A stretch of DNA of 23,071 bases from the NCBI GenBank assembly GCA_040954595.2, contig CM082577.2:11108483-11131553 (forward strand), written 5' to 3'. The stretch comes from Balanoglossus misakiensis. Its lineage: Eukaryota > Animalia > Hemichordata. A model generated the notes under the pieces. The model worked only from the letters and a program-made list of their open reading frames with translations. It was not told where the DNA came from and did not search any database. Position 1 is the stretch's first letter; every line of letters begins with the position of its first letter. The position numbers and the translations under genes were made by a program. Shown here piece by piece: positions 21,358 through 23,071 of this stretch.

Positions 21358-21555
21358 CTGGCTGGTATCCTTTTTTGTGACTGGTTGGGGCTCTCCTCTA
21401 GCTGTCGCACTAATCGCAGGACCAGTAGCAGGCTGCGGATTTCCACCGTGTAACGCAGCAGCAGGAGGCGGCTGTGGGGCCGTAGACGCCCGGGCTGGCC
21501 GGTGCTGTTCAACGAATGCCGTAGCGGCTGGTGCAGCTGGTTGCGACGAAGCCAT
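21358..21555 (-). CDS. Putative shared leader exon (66 codons, Ala/Pro/Gln-rich) of the retrotransposon
   Basis: First ATG downstream of repeat A1 (ATCATGG context). It ends at a strong phase-0 donor CAG|GTGAGC (21357). Unspliced, the frame stops after 82 aa. Confidence 0.7.
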
Positions 21556-21575
21556 GATGTGTGTGCAACGTGTGA

Positions 21576-21680
21576 CTGTTGCAAATGAGGGAGAAAGTCC
21601 GGCTGCATTGTTACCTATTTATACCCCACAAATTTGCATATTGCGGATCCATATCACTCAGTGATGCGGCTTTGAATAAC
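21576..21680 (-). repeat. Split direct repeat A1 (105 bp, 5' terminus)
   Basis: Identical to 15774-15878. Confidence 0.95.
21616..21639 (-). promoter_or_regulatory. Candidate Pol II promoter in repeat A: octamer ATGCAAAT plus TATAAATA
   Basis: Minus strand ATGCAAAT (21639-21632) and TATAAATA (21623-21616), ~60 nt upstream of the leader ATG. The same motifs occur in A2. Confidence 0.6.
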
Positions 21681-22841
21681 AAACGCCACCTCACTATTAA
21701 ACTTCGCATTCATATAGTACAGGCTTGAAGACGATGCCTTGGTTTGAAATTACATGTGCATATTATGCTATTTCAAGAATACCAGCAAATTACAAGTAAT
21801 CAATTCATAAATCTACATCAACTTGAATTACTTTTTTCTCCTCGCCGGAAATGTGTAAAGCTCACACAGCAAATCTAAATAGTGAGAAAAACAAACACAT
21901 TGAAATGCTTCATTGATATATGGTTCAAGAATATGTTTAAAGATCACACAAGTATCTTAAATGTCAGAGAATTTTTACGGCATTAAAACGCTTCGTGGAT
22001 CAAACCAGTGTTCCCTCTAAGGTCTGTTTGCACTAGAATTTCATGTTTTTGCGCTCATAACTTTCAGTCATAATGTTTGATTTTCGATGTTGATTTCACT
22101 GAAATCTAAACTCAAGGCCACAGACGATATCCCAGTGCCATGTGCAGTGTGATTTAAGGAAATAGTGTTTGAGTAAAAGAAAAAAGTAATGGTTCAGTTT
22201 TTTCGTCCAGTCAACGGTATGTCCAGAAGAGAGATATGATATGATACTTCATGAGAGAATGAGTTGTTACTTTTTTAACATTTCCCATTTACTTATATAT
22301 AGCACATACACTGGTTGTCAGGGTCTACTTGAACACTGGGGAAATGCCAATGGTGTTTTTATAAACAAAAAGTCGCACATGTGCAGTTGGGACGACCGAC
22401 ACCCTTTAAAATAAAAAGGGTTAACCATACCAACACATTATCCGTAAACTATGCTAGTAAAACAAAAGTTATGTTTTCATCTGTTTACATAAATTGTATA
22501 ACACTCAAATCTACTCAAAATAACACCTTAATAAAAATGCAAGAATCATGAGTAATGATTTTTTAACAAGAATTAATGAGTTGATCTATACGAAACATTT
22601 TCGTGTTATTTCCTAATAAACTGTTGAAATTTTATGCGTAGCAGGATGAAAAAAGCTCAAATTACATGAAAAGAAATATTAAAACATATTTTTATCAGGT
22701 TGATAAATCACAGAAATGCGATATCAATGATTTACAATACCAAACGTAAAAGCAAAGTCTATGCCATCCACGCCAAAATTGGTGAATCGAACTTTCTGTC
22801 AAGACTATTTAACCCTTAAGCTAAATCCTGGTGTCAGAGAA

Positions 22842-23071
22842 TACTGAAATCATCGCTTGTTAGAAAATGATAAAATATGGTTTGAATAAAACACCATCCT
22901 TATACCCTAGGCTTATAACCAAACACACTAACAACGAATGTAATACAATCTGTCCAGTTTGGGATAACAGGGTACATTTTCCTAATCATGTCTTACACAG
23001 TACTGAAATCATCAGTTTTAAATCTTACCGTGACGTTACTGACAAAATGATAGAATATAGTTTGAATAAAA
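22842..23071 (+). repeat. Short local duplication
   Basis: TACTGAAATCATC...AAAATGATA.AATAT.GTTTGAATAAAA at ~22842-22891 and ~23001-23071. Confidence 0.6.

Larger units (their letters stand above)
15575..21680 (-). mobile_element. Full-length DIRS-superfamily (PAT-like, split direct repeat) tyrosine-recombinase retrotransposon with ALOG-domain YR
   Basis: Minus-strand order: A1, leader, gag, RT/RH/MT, YR, B1A2, 118-bp spacer, B2. Repeat pairs are identical by eye, ORFs are open, and AATAAC occurs at both ends and at the internal junction. Confidence 0.95.

Noticed and set aside
15774-21680. A repeats as ordinary LTRs with a 6-bp TSD
   Set aside because: No TG...CA ends or DDE integrase. The B repeats extend the element, and AATAAC also occurs at the internal junction, which fits a recombination core.
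15575-21680. Classification as Ngaro
   Set aside because: Ngaro shares split repeats but generally lacks the MT domain seen here. PAT-like DIRS is preferred pending an RT phylogeny.

Overview
AT-rich eukaryotic (animal-like, intron-containing) genomic DNA; the species cannot be determined from sequence alone. The main feature is an apparently intact, recently inserted 6.1-kb tyrosine-recombinase retrotransposon (DIRS superfamily, PAT-like split direct repeats A1-ORFs-B1A2-B2; 15575-21680, minus strand). It encodes Gag (CCHC), RT-RNaseH-methyltransferase-like Pol, and a Zn-finger/ALOG-domain tyrosine recombinase. The three ORFs do not overlap. Each is preceded by a phase-0 spliceosomal acceptor that joins in frame to a single 66-codon leader exon behind a TATA promoter in repeat A, which suggests expression by alternative splicing. 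The internal B1/A2 junction forms an 11-6-11 inverted-repeat recombinase site, and a poly(A) signal lies before the 3' repeats. Also present: three nested Helentron-type non-autonomous (DINE-1/HINE-like) elements (4787-9735) interrupting a death-effector-domain pseudo-exon, a histone H3 pseudogene fragment, a two-exon gene with a stathmin-like C-terminus, a MITE with 18-bp TIRs, tandem duplications and microsatellites. All splice and mechanism claims are inferences from sequence motifs, not from transcripts.
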